DNA from: Camelus ferus
Taxonomy: Eukaryota
Length of the DNA stretch: 64,000 nucleotides
Direction: 5' to 3'
NCBI RefSeq assembly: GCF_009834535.1
Contig: NC_045698.1
Location: 7,442,001-7,506,000, forward strand
The first letter of the stretch is position 1. Every line of letters begins with the position of its first letter. A program made the position numbers and the translations under genes. Below, piece by piece: positions 13,210 to 26,409 of this stretch. The notes under the pieces are model-generated. The model was not told the DNA's origin and made no database searches. It saw nothing but the letters and a program-made list of their open reading frames with translations.

Positions 13210-13785
13210 ACTGATACTCAAGTGTGGTCAGAATTGCTGGCAGCATGGCATCACCTGGGAGTTTTTTCCCAAATGCAGTCTCCCAGGCCCTCCCGGACCT
13301 ACAGAACCAGGATCTGCACTGTAAGCCAGTCTCGGTGATTGGCATTGTTTTAATTGAAGTACAGTTGATTTACAATGTTGTGTTAGTTTCAGGTGTATAG
13401 CAAAGTGATTCAGTTTTATATATATGTATATTCTTTTCCAAATTCTTTTGCATTATAGGTTATTACAATATATTGATTATAGTTCCCTGTGCTGTACAGT
13501 AGGTCCTTGTTGTTTATCTATTTTATATATAGTAGTGTGTATCTGCAAATCCCAAGCTCCTAATTTATCCCTCTCCCCCACCCCTTTCCTCTTTGGTAAC
13601 CATGGTGTGTATACATATACACACACACACCGCATCTTTATCCATTCATCTGTTGATGGACACTTAGGCTGTTTCCATGTCTTGGCTATTGTAAACAGTG
13701 CTGCTAAGAACATTGGGGAGCATGTATCTTTTCAAGTTAAAGTTTTCTCCAAATTGGCATGTACTCTTGCTGGAAGAGCTCTAGA
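13210..13785. mobile_element. MER5A-like hAT DNA transposon interrupted by an L1 3' end (L1 on minus strand, 13346-13752)
   Basis: MER5-like gcatcacctgggag...aaatgcagtctcccaggccc is split by an L1 whose reverse ORF reads MFLAALFTIAKTWKQPKCPSTDEWIK (ORF2p C-terminus). TSD ATTGGCAT at 13338-13345 and 13753-13760. Confidence 0.85.
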
Positions 13786-16102
13786 ACATTATTCTTAGAG
13801 CAGAAAACAAGCTTAGTGGCCAAAGATGGCAGGCTTAGGTTGATCACAGGATCCTGGACAAGTCACATGATCTTTCCATCCTCAGTTTCCTCCAGATCCC
13901 CGTACAGAAAACAAGGATGCTGTCTGTGAGGCTAGCAGCACCTTAGGGAGCGTCTAGGCAGAAAGAACCAGTCATGTACACAGGCAGTGTGTGCCATGTC
14001 CTGGGCACTCAGTGACTGGACCTGTTGTTTCTGTGGGGGAACTGACCTCAAGATGGGGTTTCCAATACTGCTGCTTCCATTTTAGCCAGGGGAAAAGGAG
14101 CCAGTTAAATGTCTAACCAAGGAGGAGGGGTCAAGAAAACGGTGTGTCCACTTGGTTTACAAAAGGTGTTGTCCTTTTGTAAGCATCACAATTAGTTAAG
14201 AAGGTGGATCTCAAGTTAAGTGTTTATAGCGCCAGGAAGGTGGCAGCTGGGCCACGGGTGCAGGTAAAGCAAGGCGGGAGGGTGAGAAGGGGTGGGGCAG
14301 GGGCTGCGGCCACATCCAGTGCATCTTGGAAGCACCTTTGACTACAGGTAGGTGGAGGCCGAGACGCTCGCTGCCTCAGGAAGAGGAACAGAGGCAGTCT
14401 GGGGCTTGGAAGAGGATGAGCAGGGTCTAGACTCGTGACTGGTGAGGAAGGAGGGTATCCCAAAGGGGGCAGGGATGGCTACCATGCCAGGGAGTTGGCA
14501 CACGCCCTCTTTCTTTCCCCAGCACCTCCCGTGACTACCAGTTAGTGCCAAGAGCCCCCGGGGTTGGGGTGTGGGAGCCCTCCTGCATCCCGGGACTTTC
14601 AGGCCTGATTCTGTCCTGATGTTCTGCTGTGAACAAGCAGCCACAGGGGGTTCCCGAAGTTCCCTTCCATTTCTGCTTCTCCTCGACGGCGTCACGCCAG
14701 GCCTCCCAAAGGGCCTGGCCTCCCCATTCCTATCAGGAGGATCAGGCTGTATTGCTTCCTTCCAGGCCTTCCAGCTTTTGTATATGAAAATACAAGTCCT
14801 GTGCTACAAATAGCAGCAGGGACAGAGCCCCGGGACAGTTTTGAAGCTGTGCGTCAGGCTTTCTTTCCCTGATCTTAGGCGACGGGCAGGTTTCTAGGAA
14901 ATGAATTCCACTTACAGTAACGCCGTGTTTCTGGGAAATGCGTCTCCCCGCTGAGCCTCCGCTTCAGAGGATCCAGGTCTTTGCGGGGCCTGCTCACCCG
15001 CAGTGGAAAGGGACACAGGAGCACCGTGGAGCCGGGAAGGAGTGGCTTTGGTGCGTCATGTCACCGCATGTCCTCCTCTGTTGGGGGGTATGGCTAGAAA
15101 AGGCCACCTCTGAGGTCCCCAGGCTCACCCTCCATGCTCTGTGATGGATGGGAGGTACCTACTGTCCCTCCCCTGTGCCCCTGGCAGACTGGGACGGCGG
15201 GTCCCCCTACCTAGGAGAGCCGCTCCTGTGTCGGGGCCACACATGAAGTGTCACCTCAGAGAAGCAGAAAGGCCCACAGACCACAGAATTCCTCCTTTAG
15301 CAGAATCTGGAAACCCTACTTTGGAGGAGTGCTGTTGTGCTAAGTTACAGGATCTGGGGCACATCCACTGGGAGGGAAGTTTTTGCCCAAACGTAGTCGC
15401 TTAGGCTGGGTTCTCCTATCACACGAGAGAGCTGCCACCCAAGGGGACCCGGGACTGACGCATCTTCTAGGCAGGTTTTTGGGAGACAGGAGAGCCTGCG
15501 ACTGGGGAGGGCCCATTGCGGGAGGGCCTGCAGTGGGTGGGGGCAGACTGTCTCCACGGCCACACATGGAAAGCAGAGTAAACACATTTCTTTAAAAGTT
15601 CAGTTACTTAAAGTGCACCAGGGAACCTATGGTGGATTTGTTTATAATCGAATTAATTATTTAAAAATGTCGTTTGGTGTAAACAAATCTAAATTCTTTG
15701 GGTCTGTTTAACATGAGGTGCAAGTGTATTGAGTTAACTTAAAAAAAAAAAAGCCCGCAAAATCTTATTTCATTTATTAAAGGCAGTGACTTAACAGTGA
15801 TTCTTCTAATGACACTATTGGGTCCAAGAATACTATTCAATTATTTTTTTTAAATTACCTAATGTGAATTCAGTTGAGGGGTCTTTGAAAGAAACTAGAA
15901 ACTTACCAAGTTTTTGTTTACATCTAGCAAGTTCCATCTGTCAATCTGCAAATGCCTTGATTTCAATGTAAGTGTTTTAGCAAATGCATGGAGGCCGTGT
16001 TTCCTTATCAATGACATGGGTACTTTAGGAAGAAAAGTCAGTGTAAGAAGGAAAAAGACTTTTCCCAAAGAAATGGAAATTCCTGAATGTTTGCTATTAA
16101 AA

Positions 16103-16417
16103 TGTGTTTTGGTCCCTTTGGGCTCCTGTGACAGGACACTGCAGACTGGGCAGCTTAGAAGCAACAGACACTTATGTCCCTCAAGTCTGAGGTCAGGGCC
16201 CTGCAGATTCAGTGTTTGGTGAGGGCGCAATTCCTGGTTCACAGACCGCCGTCTTTTCTCCATGTCCTCGCCAGACAGAATGGGGGAGGGAGCTCCGAGG
16301 GCTCTCTTTATAAGGACCCTCATCCACCCTCAGGACCTAATCACCCCCTGGTACCATCACACCTGGGGGTGAGGATTTCAGCATATGAATTTTGGGGGAC
16401 ACGGTTAGTCTGTAGCA
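16103..16417 (-). mobile_element. MaLR solo LTR (MLT1A-like)
   Basis: gcagactgggcagcttagaagcaacagaca...ctctctttataagg...gtgaggatttcagcatatgaattttggggg...tagca. Confidence 0.8.
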
Positions 16418-16824
16418 AAACATAACAAAAGTCGAAGGAATAATTTTAAAAATGCACTTAAAGTATCTTTCCACCTGCAGAAGAGGTATGTAGTTTTTCA
16501 ATATTTGAATGGAATTATATGTACATGACTTTCACTCAAAAAATTCCAGAGTCTCTACGTGGAAAGTCAGATGGGTTTATATACAGATGATCACCATATC
16601 TAAAAATAGGGAATTCTGCTATTCTGTGATTTAAAACCAAAGTTTAAATGAATACAATTAAACAATTAAAAATTAAGTAGTCACAAGGTGCCTAGGAATA
16701 GAAAACAAATTTTTAAAGAAAACTGAGGCTTTCAAGTTCTAAGTGGTGGGAAATCTCCAAAGTGCAAAATAAAAGTAACCTGAAAAGGAAATGGAAAAAA
16801 ATCGATTGTTTTAGAAAAAAAAAG

Positions 16825-17030
16825 TAGTATTGATGTATAATTCACATGCTTTACAATTCACCCGTTTAAAGTGTACAGTTCAGTGGTTTTCTGTATATTC
16901 AGATACATGTAGGCGTCGCCATGGTCCGTTTCAGAACACTGTCATCACCTCAGAAAGAAGCTTTGCTATCACCCCGCTGTCCCCTGCCCCCCCAAGCCCA
17001 AGCAACCACCAATCTACTTTCTTTGTTTAC
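16825..17030 (-). mobile_element. L1MB-like 3' fragment
   Basis: tataattcacatgctttacaattcacccgtttaaagtgtacagttcagtggttt...caaccaccaatctacttt. Confidence 0.75.
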
Positions 17031-17215
17031 ATTATTTATAAAAGAGTTTTTATGAAGGATGAACTATACCTTGACATTTTTCTCAGTAGAAGAATACAAC
17101 TTCACATCACCACAGGAAGTGCCTGCCAAACGAAGTGACATATGGGTTCTGTCTTCAAGGGTCTTAACCATAAGTTTCCTATAAATTATGATGTGTGATA
17201 AGAAATTACGTTTTT

Positions 17216-17306
17216 GGGTAGGAGGGTACAGCTCAGTAGCAGAGCATGTGCTTAGCATGCATGAGGTCCTGGGTTCTACCCCCAGTAACTCCATTAAAAA
17301 AAAAAA
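17216..17306 (+). mobile_element. vic-1-like SINE, short-tail type
   Basis: SINE body plus A tail. 16-bp TSD AAGAAATTAC(G/A)TTTTT at 17200-17215 and 17307-17322. Confidence 0.92.
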
Positions 17307-18643
17307 AAGAAATTACATTTTTAAAGAAGTTTGCAAAGCCCCAAACTTGACCCATTTCCCGGTGAGCTTGGGCCGAGCTGTCCTCTTGTTCACCTCCACC
17401 TGGGCTTGCTGACCTGTCGCTGAGGTCCTCACAGTGTGTCCCCTGTCCAGCAGTGTCCGCAGCACCTCGGAAACTCTGGGGTGGGGTCAGACTCTGTTCA
17501 GCAGTCCCGCTGGTGACCGCATTGACATCTCCCGTTTAATGTTTCTGTCAACTCAACCTGGGGGCTTTCCCTCCCACCTCGCGCGGCCTGGCTTTCTAGC
17601 TGGAGAAGAGGATGGAGGTTGGTGTCCTCAGTCTTGTCTGGCTCCCCTCCCAACCTTTTTTGCTCCTGCCTCAGAGGGTGACAGCCATGTGGAAGGCAGG
17701 GCCAGCCTGGTTTTGACCTTGACTGGGTGTCCGGGGCAGGGGACTTGGAAAGTGCCCAGTAAAGGCCGTGGATGGACTGTCTGTCACCTCCATCCCTGCC
17801 CCTCTGAGCGCAAACCTCTCCCCGAATGGGTTTCGCCCCCATTCTCCCCTGACCCAGCCCCTGGCCATTGTCACCTCTCACCGCCTGTTCCACCTCTCCC
17901 TCTCTGCTGGTTCTTTCCCTTCTTCTTACAACATCTTTGGATCTCTTCTGTCATCAAAAACAAAAACAAAACCCCAAACTCCAAGTCAGGCAAAGCTGAA
18001 ACCCATTTGCCTGCAGGCTCCTGAAGTCCTCTGCTTCCCAAGGCCGGGGGTGTGTGGGGCTGGCGGTGCCCGCCTGGTACCCGGGGCTCAGCCTCACCGC
18101 GGGGCCTGTTCTGCCCTCACTCACTCTGTTCCTGCAGCTTCTCCGGCTGCCCCAGCACTCAGTCTGCAGCTTCATTGTTGGGTGTCGTGAAAGCACCCAT
18201 TTCTGGGTCTTGACCTCACCTTCTTGAGCTCTGATTTCTTCCCTCCCAGTTCACCCACTGGAGCTGCTCATGGCCTTGACAGGGCTCCCTGCACCCTCCC
18301 CAGCATTTTGGGCACTATTGTCAGAGTCGGAAACTGACAGCCCCTCCCCAGAGTGGGTGGAGGCGGGGCCGGCAGGCTGTTCCAGGCGTAGGATCGGTAC
18401 ACAGAGCCTCACCTCTCAGCCAGGTGCCTGTGGTGGAAAACAGCTGGCTGCATGATCTTGACAGTGGCCTGACCTGGGGTGAGAACATCCATTCCCTGCA
18501 GCTGGGACCACGCCCACCAAAGCCACCTCCTGGGACTCCGTGGGTTTCCTGCACACTGCCTACTTCCTGGTCTCCCCTGGGGGCACTGTCTGGTTTCCCT
18601 TTGTCCTGAGGCTCTTTCAACCTGCTTATCCCTCTTTGCTCCC

Positions 18644-19150
18644 TGTGGCGGTTATTTTTGCGCGTTAGCTTGGTTAGGCTAGAACACCTCGCTGTTCAGC
18701 CACACTGATCTAGTGCTGTCAGAGTGTTTTGTGCATGTGGTTAAAGCTAGAATCAGTTGACTGTAACTCAAGATTACCACTGATAATGCAGGTGGGCCTC
18801 ATCCAATCAGTTGAAGGCTTTAAGAGCAAAACCGGGTTTCCTAGAGAAGGAATTCTGCCTCAAGACTGCAGCATCAGTGGGGAGGGTATAGCTCAGTGGT
18901 AGAGCACATGCTTAGCATGCACAAGGTTTTGGGTTCAATCTCCAGTACCTCCATTAAAAAAAAAAAAACCTAATTACCGCCTCCAAAAAAAATTTAAAAA
19001 AGGAAAAAGAAAAAAAGACTGCAGCATCCGCTCCTGCCTGAGTTTCCAGTCTGCCAGCCCCCAAGATCATGTGAACCAATTCCTTAAAATACATCTCTTT
19101 CTGTCTGTATCCCCTGTTGGTTCTGTCTCTGCAGAATCCTGACTCATGCA
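18644..19150 (+). mobile_element. ERVL solo LTR (MLT2-like), interrupted by a SINE
   Basis: TG...CA ends. ggtgggcctcatccaatcagttgaagg and gtgaaccaattccttaaaata are MLT2 hallmarks. Confidence 0.82.
18876..19014 (+). mobile_element. vic-1-like SINE, long-tail type, inside the MLT2
   Basis: GGGGAGGGTATAGCTCAGTGGTAGAGC...AAACCTAATTACC tail. Perfect 14-bp TSD AAGACTGCAGCATC (18862-18875 and 19015-19028). Confidence 0.95.
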
Positions 19151-19904
19151 TTCCTCCTTGGGAATTTTACCTGCTGGCAGAGGCCCTCCCAGCCCAGGCT
19201 TGTATAGCTGATGCCAGCTCTCGACAGCTCTCCTGAGCGACAGGCTTGTCTTCAAGATTGACTGCAGGGTTTCTCCCGCCGACCTCCGAGCAGCTCCTAC
19301 TTTATGTGTTTGAAGCACAGTCCATCGCTAACCCCTCCACCCCCCAACTCTTCGGCATTGTTTCTGCTGCTGAGGCTTTTGTGGGGGTGTAACTCATGCA
19401 GCCCCAGGGTTCTGTGCTTGAAAGTGTCCTCTGTGTGTGGTGTGTGCTGCTCTGCTGTTGCTGTCTTGAAATTCTTAAGGATTTTGAACCTGGGGCTCTG
19501 TTTTCACTTTGCACTGGAACATACCCTGTTCCTCTCTCTCTACTGCAAAGCTGTCTCAGATGTCACCTTCCCTGTGAACTCCCGTGTCCCTTGCCGGATG
19601 CCTTCTTTCTGACCTTGGAACCTCATCACAGTTTGCAACTCATTTTTGAAACTCTGTTCTTCCTGCTTTGTTTTATAATGATTGGTTGATGTTCTCTCTC
19701 TGAGCTTGATGAGCTCTGTAAGGAGAGGAAGGTCCTCAGCATCATTCATTCATTTATGTTCTCTTCAGTTGAGCAGAGTTTGTTCCACATAGTAGGTGGT
19801 TTGTACCTGCTTGGTGGATAAAATGGGGGTCCTGTGTTGTCTTGCTGCCAGTTACCCACCCTTGATTTGAAAAGACTTAAAAATACAGTTTCAGGGCTTA
19901 AACA

Positions 19905-20895
19905 CTTAAGTCATTAATCATTTTGAGTTGATTTTGTGGAAGGGGTAAGATAAGGATTCATTCTTTTATAGATGGATACACAGTTTCCCCAACACCATTT
20001 ACTGAAGAGACGATCCTTTCTCCACTGTGTATTCTCAGTGTCTTTGTCTAAAATTCGTGGACCATACATGGTTGAGTTTATTTGGGGGTTCTCTATTCTG
20101 TTCTGTTGATCTATGTGTCTCTTTTTGTGCCCATATGATACTGTTTTGATTACTATAGCTTTGTAATATAATTTGAAATCAGGAAGTGTGATGCTTTCAA
20201 CTTTGTTCTTCTTTCTTAAGATTACTTTGACTATTTGGGGTCTTTTGTGGTTCCACATGGATTTTAGGATCGTTTTTTCTATTTCTGTGAAAAATGCCAT
20301 TGGAAGTTTGCTAGAGATTGTGCTGAATCTGTGTATCACTTTGGGTAGCATGGACATTTTAATGATGGTCATTCTTCCAGACTCAAGATATCTTTCCATT
20401 TATTTGTGTCTTCTTCAATTTCTTTCACCCATGTTTTATAGTTTTCAGTGTACAGATCCTCACCTCCTTGGTTAAATTTATGCCTAAGTATTTTTTTCTT
20501 TTTGATGCTATTGTAAATAGGATTATTTCTTGATTTCCTTTCAAAATAAATCTTGGTTGGTGTAAAGAAATACAACAATTTTTGCATGTTGATTTTGCAT
20601 CCCGCAACTTTACTGGGCTTTATTCTAACAGTTTGTTGGTGGAGTGTTTAGGGTTTTCTATATGTAGGATCATGCCATTTGCAAACAGAGATAATTTTAC
20701 TTCTTCCTTTATGATTTGGATGCCTTTTATTTCTTTTTCTTGTCTGAGAGCTCTGGCTAGTGCTTCCAGTACTGTGTTGAATAGATATGGTGAAAGCAGT
20801 CATCCTGGCCTCGTATCAGAAGTTAGAGGACAGGCTTTCAGTTTTAACCCGATTATGATGTTAGCTGTGGGCGTCTCATAAATGGCCTTCACTGT
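19905..20895 (-). mobile_element. L1 ORF2 internal relic (RT region, with frameshifts and stops)
   Basis: Reverse ORFs read IIKMSMLPKVIHRFSTI...ITLPDFKLYYKAIVIKT, KYLGINLTKEV and IYETPTANII, all L1 ORF2p motifs in broken frames. Confidence 0.93.
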
Positions 20896-20899
20896 GTGA

Positions 20900-21126
20900 G
20901 ACTTCTCAGTCCTGGCACTCCTGACATTTGGGGCTGGATCATTCTTTGTTGTGGGCGGTCCTGTGCATTGTAGGATGTTGAGCAGCATTCCTGGCCTCCA
21001 CCCGTGAGCTGCCAGTAGCACACCCACCCTGCCCCAGTGTGACAACCAAAAATGTCTTCAGATGTTGCCAAATGTCCCTTGTGGGGAGGTGCAGGTACAA
21101 AACCACTCCCTGGTTGAAGATTACTG
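20900..21126 (-). mobile_element. MER20 (hAT-Charlie) DNA transposon
   Basis: ctgtgcattgtaggatgttgagcagcattcctggcctc...gtgacaaccaaaaatgtcttcaga...tggttgaagattactg matches the reverse complement of the recalled MER20 consensus. Confidence 0.85.
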
Positions 21127-23378
21127 AAATAGAGAATAAGGCAGCAAAATTGCTCAAGTTGTGGCCATGAGAGCCTTCTTCCATGGACGACTTCCTGAGG
21201 TTATTGAAGGGCCTAGGTTATCTGGCAAGCCTGGTGACTCTCTTCTGCCTCTTCTCACTAAAAGTTCTGTCAGGTGTTTTTTTAAAAAGAATTTACATGG
21301 CGTAGCAGGAAAATTGTATGTGCCAGCTGCTCCGAGATGCTCTGATTCCATAAAGTGAGAGAAGTCTATAATTAGAATTCCCAGCACTGTAAACACTTCT
21401 CAGTTTATTATTTGGAGTGTTTGTTGTCAGAATCTTAACATTTGACTGTATTTTCCTTTTGAGAAACACTCAAAATTGGACAAGTAGTGCTTTTAAAAGT
21501 GTAATAGGAGGAGGTTCGCCCCAAAAGGCATGACGCATCTGCTCCAGATGTCACCAAGTCTGCCTTTCGTGATGATCGCTCCACCTTATCCAGAGCCAGG
21601 AGGACCTTGGAGGCGGCACCACACACTCAGTAGACATTTAATTGATAACGAAGATTATGAGCAGCCAGAGATGACAATCGCGTGCCCAGCGAGACCGCGT
21701 GCTGCGCACTCTACTAAGAGAACAAGCGGACCCTGAGCTGTAGCTCCTCCTTGAAAAAGAAATATCACCAAAAGTGTGTGCCCGGCACCGGGCACTGTTC
21801 TAGGGACCAGAGTGCTGAAAAAGATGGAAAGTCCACTGAGATGGCGCTCGCGGGCTTCTGGGGAGGAGACGCGGGGGAGCAGGCCGGGCGTGGGTTACGC
21901 GGGGCAGGTCCCTCCGCACCGAGGAGGGGGCCTTCGAGTACAGACACCGTGGAAGTGAAAGTCTCACTGCCTGGCTGTCTCGGGGACAAGCGGTCCAGGC
22001 AGATAGAGCAGGAGGCTCTGAGGTAGAAGTGCCTGGAATGTTCTGGAACAGCCAAGGGGCCAGAGGGGCTAGTGCAGACTGAAGCGGGGGAGCCTTCAGG
22101 AGAAGAGGTCAGAAGTGACTGGTGGTGACCACCCAGAGACAGAAGGACAGGCCTGGGCAACGAGTGAGAGCAGAAGGAAAAAGACCTTTCGTCTCAGAAG
22201 TGAGCGTTGTAGTCGCGGGTCCCTGAAAGTCGGTGCTCTTTCAAGAGGACAGAGGGTTCCAGGCCGGAGGTGTGAAGGACTGGTATGGTGAGCTTGCCTC
22301 TTCCGTTGTCCTTGACCGGACTGCGGTCTTTTCCGTATTCATGTAACTGAATCAGGTGTTTCATAGATGCACACAGCTTTGGAAAATGAGGTCCCCGGAC
22401 ACTGTCTGTGGAGCGGGAGGCTTCGCTCTTGTGAAAGGAGACCCTTAAAACTAGAAACCATCTCTTGTGGGGCTGGTGGCTTCCTCTGTCACCCACCCCT
22501 GCCTGGCTGCCAGGAGGCCTCCCTGCCTAACAGGTGTGCTGGGCGCCCCCTTGGAAGAGGAGGTGCTGGGCTGTGGGGTTTGAGGGGTTTCCATGCAGGG
22601 CAGGGTTAAGGGCACCAGATGGGGAGCATATCAAGCCGAGAGAGATGTGGTTCTGGGATCAGAGATACAGGACTGCACCTCTGAGCACCTCCTAGCACTG
22701 CCAGGCCCACCCACCTCCTTCCTCGCCTGCACAGACTCACCCATCCATCCTCCATCCTTCTCAGACCTCCCCGATGCCTTTTCTGCACCAGGCTTTCCAC
22801 CGGAGCCTGGAGGCCCAGAGAGGGACACGTCCTGGGGGCTCCATCCTCAAGGAACTGACAGATGGCAACGTGAGTCTTACGCGTTTTCCATCAGCTCCGG
22901 TCAGTACCGAGCTGAGAGGTACAGCTGATTTTCGAGCAATGCAGTGTTGCAGCTCCACCCCACTGAGCAGTTGAAAATCCGTGTGCTGCTGTCTGCCTCC
23001 AAAACGCAGGAACTGATGGATGACTCACCTGAGGGCAGGCGGCTGAAACAGCCTGGAGAGAGGACTCGAGTCCCAGTTCTTTTGCTTCCACAAATTGTGA
23101 TCACTGATCGAACAGAAACTTTCCCCCACACTTTGTTAATTTAAAGATCTGTTAAAGTGAAAGTACAGGTATTATGTCGATAGAAAAAAGTACATGCATA
23201 AGTGGGCCCGTGCAGCTCAGACTCCGGTGGGAGGGTCAGCGGCATCTCATTTTTCTGTGATGTGACAGGAGGAAATAATGCAGCTGCACATGAAGGAGAA
23301 GGAAAGGGCCAGTGCTGCCCCAATGGCCAGTGGTGTTCTGCCTGGTTGGAAGTCATTGTTTAAATCTGATATGCTGAA

Positions 23379-23509
23379 AGGGGAGGGTATAGGTCAAGTG
23401 ACAGAGTGCATGCTTAGCATGCATGGGGGCCTGGGTTCAATCCTCAGTACCTCCTCCAAATATAAATAAACCCGATTACCTCTCCCTCATAAAGAAAAAA
23501 GAGAAAAAA
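23379..23509 (+). mobile_element. vic-1-like SINE, long-tail type
   Basis: SINE body plus aaacccgattacctctccc tail. TSD AAATCTGATA(TG/CA)CTG at 23362-23376 and 23510-23524. Confidence 0.9.
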
Positions 23510-25610
23510 AAATCTGATACACTGTGAAGACACCATGTGTGGGGGTCCCTATGACCCTGTGTGTGTGTGTGTGTAATGCTTTCTAATCTCTATTTTCCAT
23601 CCAGTTCGTAACAACATTAGGCCAACAGGATGGCTCTCACCTTCAGTCTTTTCATGCTTAGCTTGTGTGTGTCTGTTATCTTAATGCATCACTGAGGAAG
23701 TTAATTGCTATTGGTCTCCTGTAGTCAGAGCAGATTCAAACACGGAAAGATCTTTTCATGGCAAAATGCGGGCCTTTTCCAATACATTTACATTTACCAG
23801 GACCTTATTCACGTGTTCCTGGCTCCCAGCCACACTGTGTGCTTGGCTAAGAGGTGAGGAGAATCTTTTGCTATCTGAATTTCAAGGGGCAATGAAGTTG
23901 GGGTACATGGAATTTTCTCTGTGGCAGGTGTTTCTGGTTTCCGTGATCTGTAAAGGCTCTCCTGGATAGAGCTTGATTCTTCTCTGTGAATGATCATTTC
24001 CCCCTCTGATCCTTTCTCCTTTACTGTGACATTGAACAGTAGTATTTATTAGATTTTTTTGCTACCTCCAATAGAAATACGTAGGTGTAGAAAATGAAAA
24101 AAAAAAAAACAAACAAACAAAGAAGGAAATGAAAACAAGTCACCTACACTAGTGGTACCTGGAGATCATGAAGTTAACATTGATATGATCTGTCTGTCTA
24201 TCACCAAAATTTGTCTTATAAGTACAGTTTTTGGAGCCTGCTTTTTTCACTTACGAGCATACTCTGAGCTCATTTCAACATGTAAAGTATTTTAGAATCT
24301 TGATTTTCAAAAGTCATTTCATTACCCATCATCATTGATTTTGTCATTTGGAGGCATTTTGTTGGTTTCTAAGATTTTGCTGTATAAATAATGCTCTGAT
24401 GAATGAATGTCTTAGTGTGTCTTCTCCTGGCACGCGGGGCATCCCCTGTTAGATCAGCTCTTAGAATGTGTATTACCAGGTTGAGGAGTATGAGTCTTTC
24501 AAAGGCTGTCTCGCTATCTAGGAGATTGTACTGATTCCTCCTTCCACCAGCAGGGTTGGAAACTGCTGTTTAGCCGTATCTTCTTCATGTGACATGTTAA
24601 TTATTAAAAATGTTGAAATGGCTTATTGGTCTTTGAAACATTAAAAGCCATACATGCTTATTGTAAATATTCAGATAACATAGAAAGGCAAAATGCCAAA
24701 TACAAAAATCACCGAACTAGAGATAATTCTTTTTTTTCGGTGTAACTTCAGAGTCATTTTTTATAATGCGATATAAGTAGTCTACATTTTTTCCTTAGCA
24801 ACTTGTTGAAGACATGTTTTCCTGTCAGCACACGGACATCATTGTTTTTAATTACTGCTATATATTCTGTTTTTTGGATATTTTCATTTTTTTAACCTGT
24901 AACTTCCCAGTGGACACTGAGGTTATTTCTAGTTTGTCATTTATGAGCAGTGCATCATTGATATCTTTGCACATTGATCTAATTGTTTTCTAAGGAAATT
25001 GTTGGGTCTTGAGTTTGGATCCACGTCGTGGGTTCTATTATTTTCACAAATAATTCTGTCTTTCCTTGGAGCAGGAGTAGACTTTTGCTCTCTGTAGCAT
25101 CACACTTGGCTGTGCCACGTGCTCTGGCAAATTCAGTGTGAGAAGTGACCTGTGTAACTTTGGTCATGATTTTTAAAACCCAGCATATGATTTGTCACAC
25201 CCTCTTTTCCCTCTGTGATGAGACTTGTAATATTCCAGCTGAAGGAAAAACAAAATGGGAGAGAACTGTAGCCCACGTGCAATGCACATGTTATGTGGGA
25301 AAGGAGACATTTGTCATAAGCCATTGAGATTTGGGGTTTGCTTGTTGCTGCCACACAACCTGACTTATCCTGACTGATGTAGTACCTGGTAACAAATTGC
25401 TGTCTAGGAAGAGTGAACCAGCATATGCTCACTAGCAAGATATGAGAATGCCTTTCCTTCCACTTTGCCAAAGCTAATTATTTTCACTTTCTAATCTTTT
25501 CTAACTCATGGTCAAAAAGTGATACCTCATTTTAATATGTGCATCTTTGATGATTAGTGAGGTTCAAACATGTTTCATGTAACATGTTTACTAGCCTTTT
25601 AGGTTTCTTT

Positions 25611-25785
25611 CTTTTTTTAATCGAAGTATAGTCAGTTTACAATGTTGTGTCAATTTCTGGTGTGCAGCATAATGTTTCAGTCATACAGTTACATACACAT
25701 ATTTGTTTTCGTATTCTTTTTCATTATAGGTTACTACAAGATATTGAATATGGTTCCCAGTGCTACACAGTAGAAACTTGTTGTT
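25611..25785 (-). mobile_element. 5'-truncated lineage-specific L1 3' end
   Basis: aatcgaagtatagtcagtttacaatgttgtgtcaatttctggtg... with TSD GGTTTCTTT (25602-25610 and 25786-25794). Confidence 0.88.
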
Positions 25786-26409
25786 GGTTTCTTTTTTCTT
25801 TGATTTACTTCTTCATATCCCTTTTTCATTTCCTTTTTGATTAGTCTGTCTCTTTTTCCTGAGTTCTAAGAACTTTTAAAATAGGCTAAAGATATTATTC
25901 TTTGTCTAACATGTGTTCCATACTGTTTTTTCAGTTTGCGTTTATTTTTAAAATCTTACTTGGTTTATAGAAAGTCTTGAATTTATGGCTTGGTATCTTT
26001 TGTCAATTTGGGCAAATTCTCTGCCACAGTCATTTCAAATATCATTTTGTTCTATTCTCTTTTGTTCACATTCTGTGACTCCATAGTCTCATATATTAAA
26101 CCTCCCCTAGTATGCTCCATATCTTTCTCTCTCTTCCCCCACCCCCCATCTTTCCCATCCTCTTTTCCTTTTCCTGGCATTTTTGGTTAAGTCATCTTCC
26201 AGTTCACTAATTCTCTCTTTACGTTAATCTGCTACTTAGCTCCTTTTAAAATTCCGAATTTCAGTTTTATTTATTTTATTTCTAAAAATTTTACTTGATT
26301 CTTTATAGATTCCAGTTTTCTGCTAAATTCCCCTTGTGTCACTGTTTTCTATTACATATGAATTACAGTTTCAAACTCTAATATCTGTATCTCTTGGAGA
26401 TGTTTTCTT

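Noticed and set aside
19914..20399. 161-aa ORF as a functional gene
   Set aside because: Internal L1 ORF2 relic with broken neighbouring frames.
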